From positions 1 to 36,789 of the IMG/VR virus record IMGVR_UViG_3300046786_000913: a DNA stretch of 36,789 bases. One strand, given 5' to 3'. Source of the DNA: a virus (Duplodnaviria > Caudoviricetes). The position numbers and the translations under genes are program-made. Under the pieces are notes generated by a model that saw only the letters and a list, made by a program, of their open reading frames with translations, was not told the DNA's origin and did not search any database. Positions 25,682 to 34,676 of the stretch are shown here, one piece after another. Every line of letters begins with the position of its first letter. The stretch's first letter is position 1.

Positions 25682-26331
25682 AAAAAGTAATTCTACACCT
25701 ATGCGCCGACACTGGTTCAGACACTATGCCATATCAAAATGACCCAGATTATGAGGTCGTTTTAGTTGGCGAACGTGTTGGGGTTGAGAATTTTTCATTC
25801 AAACGATGGCAGACATTTCACGGCATGGACTATGAAGTGTACGGGATAATTGCCAACCCTGTTTGTTTGGAGTTTTCGACAGCCAGAAGTAACGGAAAAG
25901 CTCGAAACCCAGAGGAAGGCATGGTTTTAGTTAGGCATTGCCAAAGGATAATTCAGGAAGCGAAAGATGCTGGACATCTAAAGTTTTGGGTTATAGAAAA
26001 CCCTGCTCGTGGAGTGCTCAAGGATTTTCTTGGTCAGCCAACAGCAAAATATGAGCCGTGGTGGTATGGTAGCCCGTGGACAAAGCAGACTGCTTTATGG
26101 GGCGAGTTCAATATGCCAGAACGGGTGTATGATAAATGGGAAGATGTGCCAAAGCTAGAGGGGCTATATCAACGCCCAGGGCGAGGTAAGCCAAGTCTAG
26201 CGTTTATGCACAAATCACACTATCATAAAATACCCGAATTTCAGGATTTGCCAGAGCCAGACAGCGACATGGAGTTTCGCTCACTGTGCAGCCAGAGATT
26301 TGCACAAGCATTTAAGGAGGCGAACCCGTGA
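25678..26331 (+). CDS. Short C5-cytosine DNA methyltransferase-like protein (217 aa)
   Basis: Degenerate motif I LHLCADTGS, motif IV IANPVCLEFS, motif VI VIENP, and TKQTALWG. Confidence 0.75.
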   Translation: MKKVILHLCADTGSDTMPYQNDPDYEVVLVGERVGVENFSFKRWQTFHGMDYEVYGIIANPVCLEFSTARSNGKARNPEEGMVLVRHCQRIIQEAKDAGHLKFWVIENPARGVLKDFLGQPTAKYEPWWYGSPWTKQTALWGEFNMPERVYDKWEDVPKLEGLYQRPGRGKPSLAFMHKSHYHKIPEFQDLPEPDSDMEFRSLCSQRFAQAFKEANP

Positions 26332-27047
26332 AAAAATACGCAAAAGAGTTCTACATAAGTGAAGCGCCGCAAAGGTCGCCTCAATGGTTCGCGGAGCGAT
26401 GCGGCAAACCAAGCTCAAGTGGTCTAGCTTATTTGTTCGACACACTGAAAGATGGCTACACGCCGAGTGCGAAAGCGAAGAACTATCTCAAGCAGTTGGC
26501 ATACGAGCGCAAGTTCGGTACAACCTTTGAGATTTACCAAACCAAGCCAATGGCTGACGGAGTTTTCTTTGAAGACTTTGCCAAAATGGTTTATGAGCGC
26601 GACACTGGGAATATTTTGAGTGTGGCAACATCATTCGTTTCAGATTGGTTCGTTTCGACACCAGATGCACGAGTGTTTGATGTGAAGCTCAAAAAGTACG
26701 GAGGTCTTGAGTGTAAAGTGGTCGGCGACAAGACTTTTATGGCGATGATGGAAGAAGGAGCGCCGATTGAGCATGAGCGACAAACACAGTCGCAGATGAT
26801 GGCTAGTGGTTGGGATTGGGTTGACTACATTGTGGTCAACATCAAGACGAAGCACTATTTCATCCAAAGAGTACACCGCAACAATGCTTTGATTAAGCAG
26901 ATTTACACAAGGCTTCACGAGCCGCTGAATTTGCCAGAATTGAAAGACATTGGTGTCAAGAAGTTCGAAGATGAATTGTTGCAGGATTTTATGAGCAACA
27001 ACCATCTGAAAGAGTCAGATTTAGTAATAGAAGATTTAGGATTTTAA
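26328..27047 (+). CDS. YqaJ / lambda-exonuclease family protein (239 aa)
   Basis: QRSPQWFAERCG, STPDA, LECK and QTQSQM motifs. Confidence 0.9.
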   Translation: MKKYAKEFYISEAPQRSPQWFAERCGKPSSSGLAYLFDTLKDGYTPSAKAKNYLKQLAYERKFGTTFEIYQTKPMADGVFFEDFAKMVYERDTGNILSVATSFVSDWFVSTPDARVFDVKLKKYGGLECKVVGDKTFMAMMEEGAPIEHERQTQSQMMASGWDWVDYIVVNIKTKHYFIQRVHRNNALIKQIYTRLHEPLNLPELKDIGVKKFEDELLQDFMSNNHLKESDLVIEDLGF

Positions 27048-27057
27048 GGAGAACAAT

Positions 27058-27273
27058 ATGTTTTTATTTTTAACAGGACTAGTGATTGCGGTTTTACAGC
27101 CAGCAACACCAACTATCGTAACAACTTTTGAGCCAGCACAGCCGACAGTAGTGGCAACACTACAGCCAGCCGAGCCAACAATCGTTGCTACATTCAAGCA
27201 GCCAGTTCTTGAGGGCATCTCTCTTGAGCCAGCTCAACCAACCATCGTGAAAACATGGACTTTAGAAAAATAA
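27058..27273 (+). CDS. Small protein with hydrophobic N-terminus and 11-aa tandem repeats (71 aa)
   Basis: RBS aaggag; MFLFLTGLVIAV followed by (L/F)(Q/E)PAxPT(I/V)VxT repeats. Confidence 0.75.
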   Translation: MFLFLTGLVIAVLQPATPTIVTTFEPAQPTVVATLQPAEPTIVATFKQPVLEGISLEPAQPTIVKTWTLEK

Positions 27274-27276
27274 CTA

Positions 27277-27305
27277 TTGCATTGTTTATTTTGCTGTGAT
27301 ACTAT
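27277..27305 (+). promoter_or_regulatory. Promoter P3: TTGCAT-17-(TG)TACTAT
   Basis: -35 at 27277-27282 and extended -10 at 27297-27305, followed by the conserved +1 hairpin. Confidence 0.75.
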
Positions 27306-27345
27306 TAGTGCATAGCGAAGCAAAGGCTATAGAAAGGATTAATAT

Positions 27346-27954
27346 ATGAGTCAATTAACACTTATTCTTGGTAAGAGTGGTACTGGTAAATCTACCAGCT
27401 TACGCAACTTCGCCAAGAAAGACGGAATCGGTTATATAACCGCAACAGGCAAGCCATTGCCATTTAAGAGCGACATTCCTCAGTTTCACGCTAGGAATTA
27501 CGCAGAGTTGATGGCAGCAATCGCTCAGTCAAAAGCTGACGTTGTAGTTATCGACGACTTCAATTACTTTATGAGTTTTGAAGAGTTCAGCCAAGCCAGT
27601 GTGAAGGGTTATGAGAAATTCACACAGATGGCAGTCAATGTCGTGAATGTCATTGAGGCTATCACTAAAAAAGATAGCACTCAGCGTTTTTACATTCTTG
27701 CTCACAGCGAGCAGAATGATGACGGACAGTTGCGCCTCAAGACTACTGGTAAGATGGTTAGCGACAAGTTCGTGCCAGAAGGTTTAACTAACCAAGTTGT
27801 CGAAACCGCAGTCGTTGACCGTGAATTTGTGTTCAAGGTCAAAACAGACGGCACTGGCATTAAAACGCCAATGGGTATGTTCAAAGACACTGAGCTTACA
27901 GTTCCAAACGACCTGAAGGAACTCGACAAGAAAATTAAAGCGTTTTACGCATAA
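27346..27954 (+). CDS. AAA_24 / Sak4-like ATPase (single-strand annealing protein, 202 aa)
   Basis: LILGKSGTGKSTSLRN, VVIDD, ILAHSE and KTPMGMF. Context with YqaJ and SSB. Confidence 0.85.
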   Translation: MSQLTLILGKSGTGKSTSLRNFAKKDGIGYITATGKPLPFKSDIPQFHARNYAELMAAIAQSKADVVVIDDFNYFMSFEEFSQASVKGYEKFTQMAVNVVNVIEAITKKDSTQRFYILAHSEQNDDGQLRLKTTGKMVSDKFVPEGLTNQVVETAVVDREFVFKVKTDGTGIKTPMGMFKDTELTVPNDLKELDKKIKAFYA

Positions 27955-27963
27955 AGGGGTTGT

Positions 27964-28176
27964 ATGGCATACCAAATCACAATCAAGCAAGTTACTCGTG
28001 AGCAAGTAAAAACTCGCGAGTACAAAACCACAGGTAAGGATGACAAGGGCGAACCAACTTACGGCTATGTTACCGATGAAAAAACCGAAGACGTTAGTCG
28101 CGAAGTCTATACCCAGAGGGTCGAAGAGCTTGATTTAGTAGCAGTAATTAACGCAGTAAATAAGGAGACAAAATAA
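27964..28176 (+). CDS. Hypothetical protein (70 aa)
   Basis: RBS aagggg; TAATG coupling to the next gene. Confidence 0.75.
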   Translation: MAYQITIKQVTREQVKTREYKTTGKDDKGEPTYGYVTDEKTEDVSREVYTQRVEELDLVAVINAVNKETK

Positions 28177-28820
28177 TGGCAGAACAAGTAGACGAGAAGG
28201 CAAAAGCAGCTGAGCAAGCAGATTTGTTTGGTGAGCTAGAAAAGAACGATGTGCAAGTTGCTGATGATGCAGCTGAAAAAATGAAGGAAAACATCATGAC
28301 CGATAAAGGTGGTGGTGGAAACTATCTCGGTATCGGTATTCATGATGTGGCTGTTAGCAGCGTTGAGCTTGTCAAAGCCAGCACAGGTACGCTAGGCATC
28401 CAGTTCAATGTCGAAAACGAAGATGGTCAGGGTCGTGTGAGAATGTGGCTTTCCGAAGCAGCATTGCCGTACACCATTGAAAACATTAGTCGGCTCGTTG
28501 TTCACAACGCTGAAGGCGATAAGAAAGATGCCGCTCGCACTATGATGGCTAACATCGTGAGCGCAAAGTCCCTTTTCGAAACTGTCCAAGCAATTTTGGT
28601 CGAGCTGGAGAAAAAGAAGAAGCCATTTGTTGCTTACCTCTCAATCCGTGAAGCTCGTGATGGCAGCACATACAACGACAAGAATGGCGTTGAGCGTCCA
28701 TCAACCGAGAGCAATCTCTTGAGCTACCGACCAAAGGAAACTTCCACTCAGGCGGCTATTGCTGCAACTGGTGGTGAATTGGTCGCTGACAAAGACACAA
28801 TTAACGGACTGTCATTCTAA
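28176..28820 (+). CDS. Putative ssDNA-binding protein (DUF669-like OB fold, 214 aa)
   Basis: YLGIGIHDVAVSSVE...SGT-like...IQF pattern, position after Sak4, C-terminal Phe. Confidence 0.55.
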   Translation: MAEQVDEKAKAAEQADLFGELEKNDVQVADDAAEKMKENIMTDKGGGGNYLGIGIHDVAVSSVELVKASTGTLGIQFNVENEDGQGRVRMWLSEAALPYTIENISRLVVHNAEGDKKDAARTMMANIVSAKSLFETVQAILVELEKKKKPFVAYLSIREARDGSTYNDKNGVERPSTESNLLSYRPKETSTQAAIAATGGELVADKDTINGLSF

Positions 28821-28823
28821 TTT

Positions 28824-28990
28824 GAGTGAGGCTTTGTGCCTCACTCTGGGCAGCTCGCAGAATAGAAACGGGAGATTACTCGAAACGCTGGAAATTTAGA
28901 ACCGATGGTTGTGAAACGACCCACCAGCACTTTCTATGTAGCCTTTGCGCCCGAATCCGTAGTGAGCTGTCCATAATGAGGCGCAAGGGG
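28824..28990 (+). ncRNA. Candidate pseudoknotted cis-regulatory RNA
   Basis: 9-bp hairpin, 12-bp closing helix, nested stems, and a crossing 10-bp helix covering the downstream RBS. Confidence 0.6.
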
Positions 28991-28997
28991 TAAAACA

Positions 28998-29292
28998 ATG
29001 TTGGAAAGCAAATTCAAGACAAAACAACGCGAAGAGTTTGAGGGTATGGGCTGGAAGTTCATTACCCTTGACCCAGGCGGCGGAGTGCCTCGGGGTTTCC
29101 CTGATACATTGGCACTCGCGCCAAATGGGTATAGTTGCCACGTTGAGTGGAAGCAAGCAAAAAATGCTAAGAAGCAACCACTTCAGAAATACTGGCATCA
29201 ATGGCTCAACGATAGAGGTCATGATGCCTTTTTTGTTTACCCAGAAAATGTATTTGAATGGCGACAAGAGATGTTGCGGAAAGGTGGCTCAA

Positions 29293-29300
<8 letters not shown>
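28998..29300 (+). CDS. VRR-NUC family nuclease (100 aa)
   Basis: MLESKF, GFPD, VEWK and QPLQ..WH motifs. Confidence 0.9.
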
Positions 29301-30779
<1,479 letters not shown>

Positions 30780-30783
<4 letters not shown>

Positions 30784-31013
30784 AGCTAGTATTCGGCGAT
30801 ATTGTCGTCATTGAAGAAAACCAAATCGGTGTAGTAGTGAAAAACTGGGGTCGCTCCAGCAATGGTGGTGAGCCTAAAGTTGAAGTATATGTTCGCAGTT
30901 ACAATGCGATTGTAGAATATCCAATTAGTAGAGTTGAGCGCTATCAGGTGCGCCATAAATACCTTGAAGATGAAGAACTCGAATATCAAGCTAATGCGGA
31001 GCGTGAAGAATGA
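30780..31013 (+). CDS. Hypothetical SH3/KOW-like small protein (77 aa)
   Basis: FGDIVVI...IGVVVK pattern; ATGA overlaps. Confidence 0.7.
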
Positions 31014-31237
31014 AAACCTTGAAAGTTGTCCGAACTAGAAGTGCCATAATCCATCGTATTGCAGATTGTGAGAATTGTCCCTGGCGTGATGAGGGTCATA
31101 AAACTGCCAGCCGTTACGCTCGCAGACATTCAGAGAAAACAGGTCATATCACTAATGTTGAGAATGGGAACTATTACCAATACAAACCAAAAGACGGCGA
31201 AACGCTTGTCGATAAAAACCAACTGAGCTTAGTGTGA
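31010..31237 (+). CDS. Small C2H2-type zinc-binding protein with C-terminal QLSL motif (75 aa)
   Basis: CENC...H...GH; ends NQLSLV. Confidence 0.7.
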   Translation: MKTLKVVRTRSAIIHRIADCENCPWRDEGHKTASRYARRHSEKTGHITNVENGNYYQYKPKDGETLVDKNQLSLV

Positions 31238-31356
31238 TGGCTGCGTATTGCTATTTAGTCTGGGAAGAAGGCATACTTATATGTACAGTTCAACACAGAA
31301 ATAGTAAAAACTGTGATTTATATAAAAACGTAGGAAAAGAGGTGGCAAATGCCTGA
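31237..31356 (+). CDS. Possible 39-aa Cys/His-containing protein (MAAYCYLVWEEG...)
   Basis: TGATG overlap upstream and 8-nt overlap downstream. Weak RBS. Confidence 0.45.
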   Translation: MAAYCYLVWEEGILICTVQHRNSKNCDLYKNVGKEVANA

Positions 31357-31537
31357 ACAAGAACCAAACACAGACAATGTGTGCTATATCGACGAATACC
31401 CAGAATTGGCAAAAAGGTGCTGGCTTCGACGGCTTAATGCACAGCGTCAGATGGGTCAATTAGCACTATTTCGTGAAGACCCTAATCAACTAATATTGTT
31501 CCCTGTTGATGGGCTCGATGGGGACGAAGGGGCGTGA
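31349..31537 (+). CDS. Hypothetical protein (62 aa) with two QLxLF motifs
   Basis: RBS gaggt; QLALF and QLILF. Confidence 0.7.
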   Translation: MPEQEPNTDNVCYIDEYPELAKRCWLRRLNAQRQMGQLALFREDPNQLILFPVDGLDGDEGA

Positions 31538-32190
31538 AATACCCAGCGGTATACAGCTATAAAAAAACTGACACGCAAGAGTTATGGCTGTCTATTTTGA
31601 CCCTGCAAAATATCAGAGAGTGGGATGGCAAAATCTATATCGTTGGCGACGACCCAGGGTTGCTTCCAGCGGATTACACGCACTTACCAATAGCGCACAA
31701 CTGGGGCAAAGAGTCCAACAACAAGTGGAATGATGAAATCTGCGCCTATCAAACGGCAGCTGAAGTGGTGGGCGATTTTATCATGATGGCTGATGATATT
31801 TTCATTCTCAAGCCCTGGTCGCTCACGCGGCATAATCGAGGGCTGATAAATGACCACATCATCAAACGCAATATCCGCGATGGCTTCATGGTTCAGCTGG
31901 AAAACACAGCTAAATGGCTCAAAAGGCACGGCAAAAACAGCTTGTCGTATGAGATACACATACCTTTTTTGGTTGAAGCGGCGAAATTCTTGGAGATTGT
32001 CAGTATAATACCTCATAACAGGGATGGAGTTTTTATTCGCTCTGCTTACGGCAACTGGTTCGCTGAACCTTCAACGCTGTCAGATGATACAAAAAATAAA
32101 CCAATAACGGATGAAACGGTGATACATTCATCATCGAATAGACTGTTTGATTACGAAGGGATAAGCAAATATGTTCGCACTACTAACTAG
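31534..32190 (+). CDS. Stealth-family-like sugar-phosphotransferase / GT-A-like protein (218 aa)
   Basis: ELWLSILTL...KIYIVGDDP...DFIMMADDIF...YEIHIP resembles Stealth conserved regions (ELRYSLRS...FIYMNDD...H.P). Confidence 0.6.
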   Translation: MKYPAVYSYKKTDTQELWLSILTLQNIREWDGKIYIVGDDPGLLPADYTHLPIAHNWGKESNNKWNDEICAYQTAAEVVGDFIMMADDIFILKPWSLTRHNRGLINDHIIKRNIRDGFMVQLENTAKWLKRHGKNSLSYEIHIPFLVEAAKFLEIVSIIPHNRDGVFIRSAYGNWFAEPSTLSDDTKNKPITDETVIHSSSNRLFDYEGISKYVRTTN

Positions 32191-33163
32191 AAGACCTGAA
32201 AAGGGTGTTGTTATCACCCCACCACGAATGGACAGCCCAGAAGAAATACTGTTTTACTGGAATCCATCAATTACCGTACATAAAGGTGAAATTTATATTT
32301 GTTTCCGTGGCTACGCCAAGAGCAATGTCATCTGGCAGCACTACAGCTCAATACTGGCAATGTCAAAGTATGTTGATGGTAAGGTAGTTGGTTTTAAGAG
32401 GCTTGAACCAGAGTTCCCTCCAATTGGTAATGACTCAAATAGTTTAGAGGATGTCAGGATATGGTCTGACGGTGAACAGCTCTGGGGCATAGGCAACTGC
32501 TTAACGATGAAGCTTGTAGCGGCAGACACAATCTTCTCAAGGCGCAGAAAAGCAAGGGGGCTACGAACCCAATCCCGAGCAACAAGGCGCACGCTCAACC
32601 AGGAGCAAGCTGAAGCTATCATTGACTATGATGCAGGCACATATAAAATCGTGAAGAGGTTTGGTAACCCTAGAGGTGTCTCGGAAAAGAATTGGCTGCC
32701 AATCGACAACGAGCCACACATTTATCTGCATAGCGTTGGAGTGATTGCTCAGGATGGCGAGCTCATTACTATCAACCCACCACTACCTCAAGATAAGCTT
32801 CACAATGGCACGCCACTGATTTTAGTTGGCGACCACTATATCGGCATTTTCCATCAGAGAGTTCGCCTCCTTGATGATGTCAATCGTTACTCAAATGTCT
32901 TCATCAAGTTTGATAAGGCGCTAAACCCTGTTGAGCAGTCAGACTTCTTCATATTTGATGATGAGTCTCACCAAGAGGTGCAGTTCATCTCGGGCATGGA
33001 TTTAATAGACGGTGAGCTATGGATAACACTGGGCATCGACAGAATTTTGCCAAGCACTCAAGCTGAGTATAAAGGGTTGCTCTATAAAGTAGACCCCAAA
33101 GATATCAAGTACAAGCCATTTGACCACGAAAACATTGTTATAACAGAGGGGAAGTTAATATGA
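32171..33163 (+). CDS. Five-bladed beta-propeller glyco-enzyme (GH130/GT91-like), paralogue 1 (330 aa)
   Basis: WNPSI, LEDVRI, EKNWLP, HNGTPLI and VQFISGM motifs. Confidence 0.7.
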   Translation: MFALLTRRPEKGVVITPPRMDSPEEILFYWNPSITVHKGEIYICFRGYAKSNVIWQHYSSILAMSKYVDGKVVGFKRLEPEFPPIGNDSNSLEDVRIWSDGEQLWGIGNCLTMKLVAADTIFSRRRKARGLRTQSRATRRTLNQEQAEAIIDYDAGTYKIVKRFGNPRGVSEKNWLPIDNEPHIYLHSVGVIAQDGELITINPPLPQDKLHNGTPLILVGDHYIGIFHQRVRLLDDVNRYSNVFIKFDKALNPVEQSDFFIFDDESHQEVQFISGMDLIDGELWITLGIDRILPSTQAEYKGLLYKVDPKDIKYKPFDHENIVITEGKLI

Positions 33164-34146
33164 TTTGGATTCAGAAAATCCATCTACAAGTCAAAGTTTG
33201 GGACTTGAACGAGAATGAGTGGCATCATAACCCCTCAATCGCTCGTGACAAAAACGGCAAAATTTGGTGCAGCACCAGGCATCACGAAGAGAAAACCGAA
33301 ATCAGATATGCGAATATCCACCCGTACAGTCACCCACCATCACGGCTTATGCTCGGTATACTGGACGAAGAAACTCTCGAAGTTAGCGGCGTAAAGCGTA
33401 TTTTCCCCGAAGAAGGCTCACCACAATATCTTGTTGAGAAGGAAATTGAAGACTGCCGCATATTTTGGCGCGAAGATGGGTTGCACGGCATTGGTGTCGC
33501 AATCAACGAATACGACTATTCAAATGAGTGCAGGGTTTACCAGATTGAGATTTTGATTGACTACGAAAAAGGCACATACAAGCTGTTGAAAGACTGGGGC
33601 TACTCAATCAAGGGTCACATGGAAAAGAACTGGTCGCCGCCAACTGAAAAGTCAGATAAATTTGATTTTGTCTACTCGCCAACAGAGGTCATCAAGGGCG
33701 ATAAGATTTACGGCAAGCACTACTTTGGCAAAACTCACGGTGGTTCACAATTATTGCCCTACAAAGACGGTTATATTAGGTTTGCTCACCGCTGCATACC
33801 AATAAAGAATGTTACGCACAGGTGGTACATATCTGTTGCTGAGTTGCTCGACAAGGATGGTTTTGTCACCCATCAAAGTCAATTCTTCAATATGCAGACT
33901 GGCTGGCGACCAACCATTAAAGAGAGCGTTGAGTTTATCAGTGGTGCGGTATGGAGTGGCGAGGAGATAATTTTAAGCTATGGTCTGAGGGACGAGACAT
34001 GTGCCTTCACAAGAATTAACCCAGAGATATTTGAATGGGAAGCTCTCGATAACAGTGGCGAAGAGCATGAGTACAAATTTGCAGACAGGATTCCGCCGAC
34101 TGGCTCAAAATATTGGGTTGGCGAGAAGTTTCCAGGAGCATTTTAA
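33160..34146 (+). CDS. Five-bladed beta-propeller glyco-enzyme (GH130/GT91-like), paralogue 2 (328 aa)
   Basis: HNPSI, IEDCRI, EKNWSP, HGGSQLL, VEFISGA and LSYG..D motifs. Confidence 0.7.
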   Translation: MIWIQKIHLQVKVWDLNENEWHHNPSIARDKNGKIWCSTRHHEEKTEIRYANIHPYSHPPSRLMLGILDEETLEVSGVKRIFPEEGSPQYLVEKEIEDCRIFWREDGLHGIGVAINEYDYSNECRVYQIEILIDYEKGTYKLLKDWGYSIKGHMEKNWSPPTEKSDKFDFVYSPTEVIKGDKIYGKHYFGKTHGGSQLLPYKDGYIRFAHRCIPIKNVTHRWYISVAELLDKDGFVTHQSQFFNMQTGWRPTIKESVEFISGAVWSGEEIILSYGLRDETCAFTRINPEIFEWEALDNSGEEHEYKFADRIPPTGSKYWVGEKFPGAF

Positions 34147-34400
34147 TGATAATGAATAATGAAGGGCGCGTGCCTACCACTGACGAGATGGACGAGACGA
34201 CCCCTGAAGACCGCTATAAATTAGTGGCTATTTGTGATAAATGTCACGAACCGCATTACTTCACTGGAGAGCGTAAGCGGTTTAGCCAGACCACGGGTGA
34301 AATTTGCAAATGCGGCAACAAAAGTTTTTACGGCTTGCAGAGCCAAAGAACATTTGACCCGACTAAGAAAAGAACGATTCCAAAATACAAACGTAGATGA
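34146..34400 (+). CDS. Zinc-ribbon protein (~84 aa; start 34146 or 34152)
   Basis: CDKC...CKCG; RBS aggag; TAATG overlap. Confidence 0.7.
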   Translation: MIMNNEGRVPTTDEMDETTPEDRYKLVAICDKCHEPHYFTGERKRFSQTTGEICKCGNKSFYGLQSQRTFDPTKKRTIPKYKRR

Positions 34401-34412
34401 TATACTTTTTAT

Positions 34413-34495
34413 GTGGGGTATAGTTCGAAAGAGGTGTACTCGCGGTTGACTGACCGCTCAAAAATGAAGGGTATCTCGCAAGCCCTTCATTTTTA
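34413..34495 (+). ncRNA. Candidate sRNA-1
   Basis: Extended -10 TGATATACT (34398-34406), two hairpins, and an intrinsic terminator. Confidence 0.45.
34460..34495 (+). terminator. Intrinsic terminator (symmetrical)
   Basis: AAAAATGAAGGG/CCCTTCATTTTT 12-bp inverted repeat. Confidence 0.8.
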
Positions 34496-34511
34496 TTTGC
34501 TATAATAGAAG

Positions 34512-34655
34512 TGCTAAGTGGAGGGAACACTGGCGCTTCGGCGCTGTGTGATGAATCAAAGCACACTGGAGGCGTTCGTTCTTTACTTCGAGGAACTGCC
34601 CTCAGCAAAAAATTTCAGGAAGTACAAGAAAAAGACCCCTATTTTGGGGTCTTTT
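34512..34655 (+). ncRNA. Candidate sRNA-2 (multi-branch, cUUCGg hairpin)
   Basis: Extended -10 TGCTATAAT (34498-34506), closing helix, internal hairpins and terminator. Confidence 0.55.
34630..34655. terminator. Bidirectional terminator at the convergence of the two arms
   Basis: AAAAGACCCC-TATTTT-GGGGTCTTTT. Confidence 0.88.
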
Positions 34656-34676
34656 ACATTTTACGACGTTAGGTTT

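Noticed and set aside
27094-27255. CRISPR mini-array
   Set aside because: The 33-bp units are contiguous, degenerate at third codon positions and lack spacers, so this is a coding repeat.
28847-28990. HDV-like/theta ribozyme
   Set aside because: The crossing-helix topology is reminiscent, but I could not place P3, the UCCnCG-type L3 or P1.1. Kept only as an unknown pseudoknot.
34413-34610. tRNA genes or hammerhead ribozyme
   Set aside because: GGGGTATAGTTC resembles a tRNA 5' end, but there is no cloverleaf with T-loop and acceptor stem. No CUGAUGA/GAAA hammerhead core.
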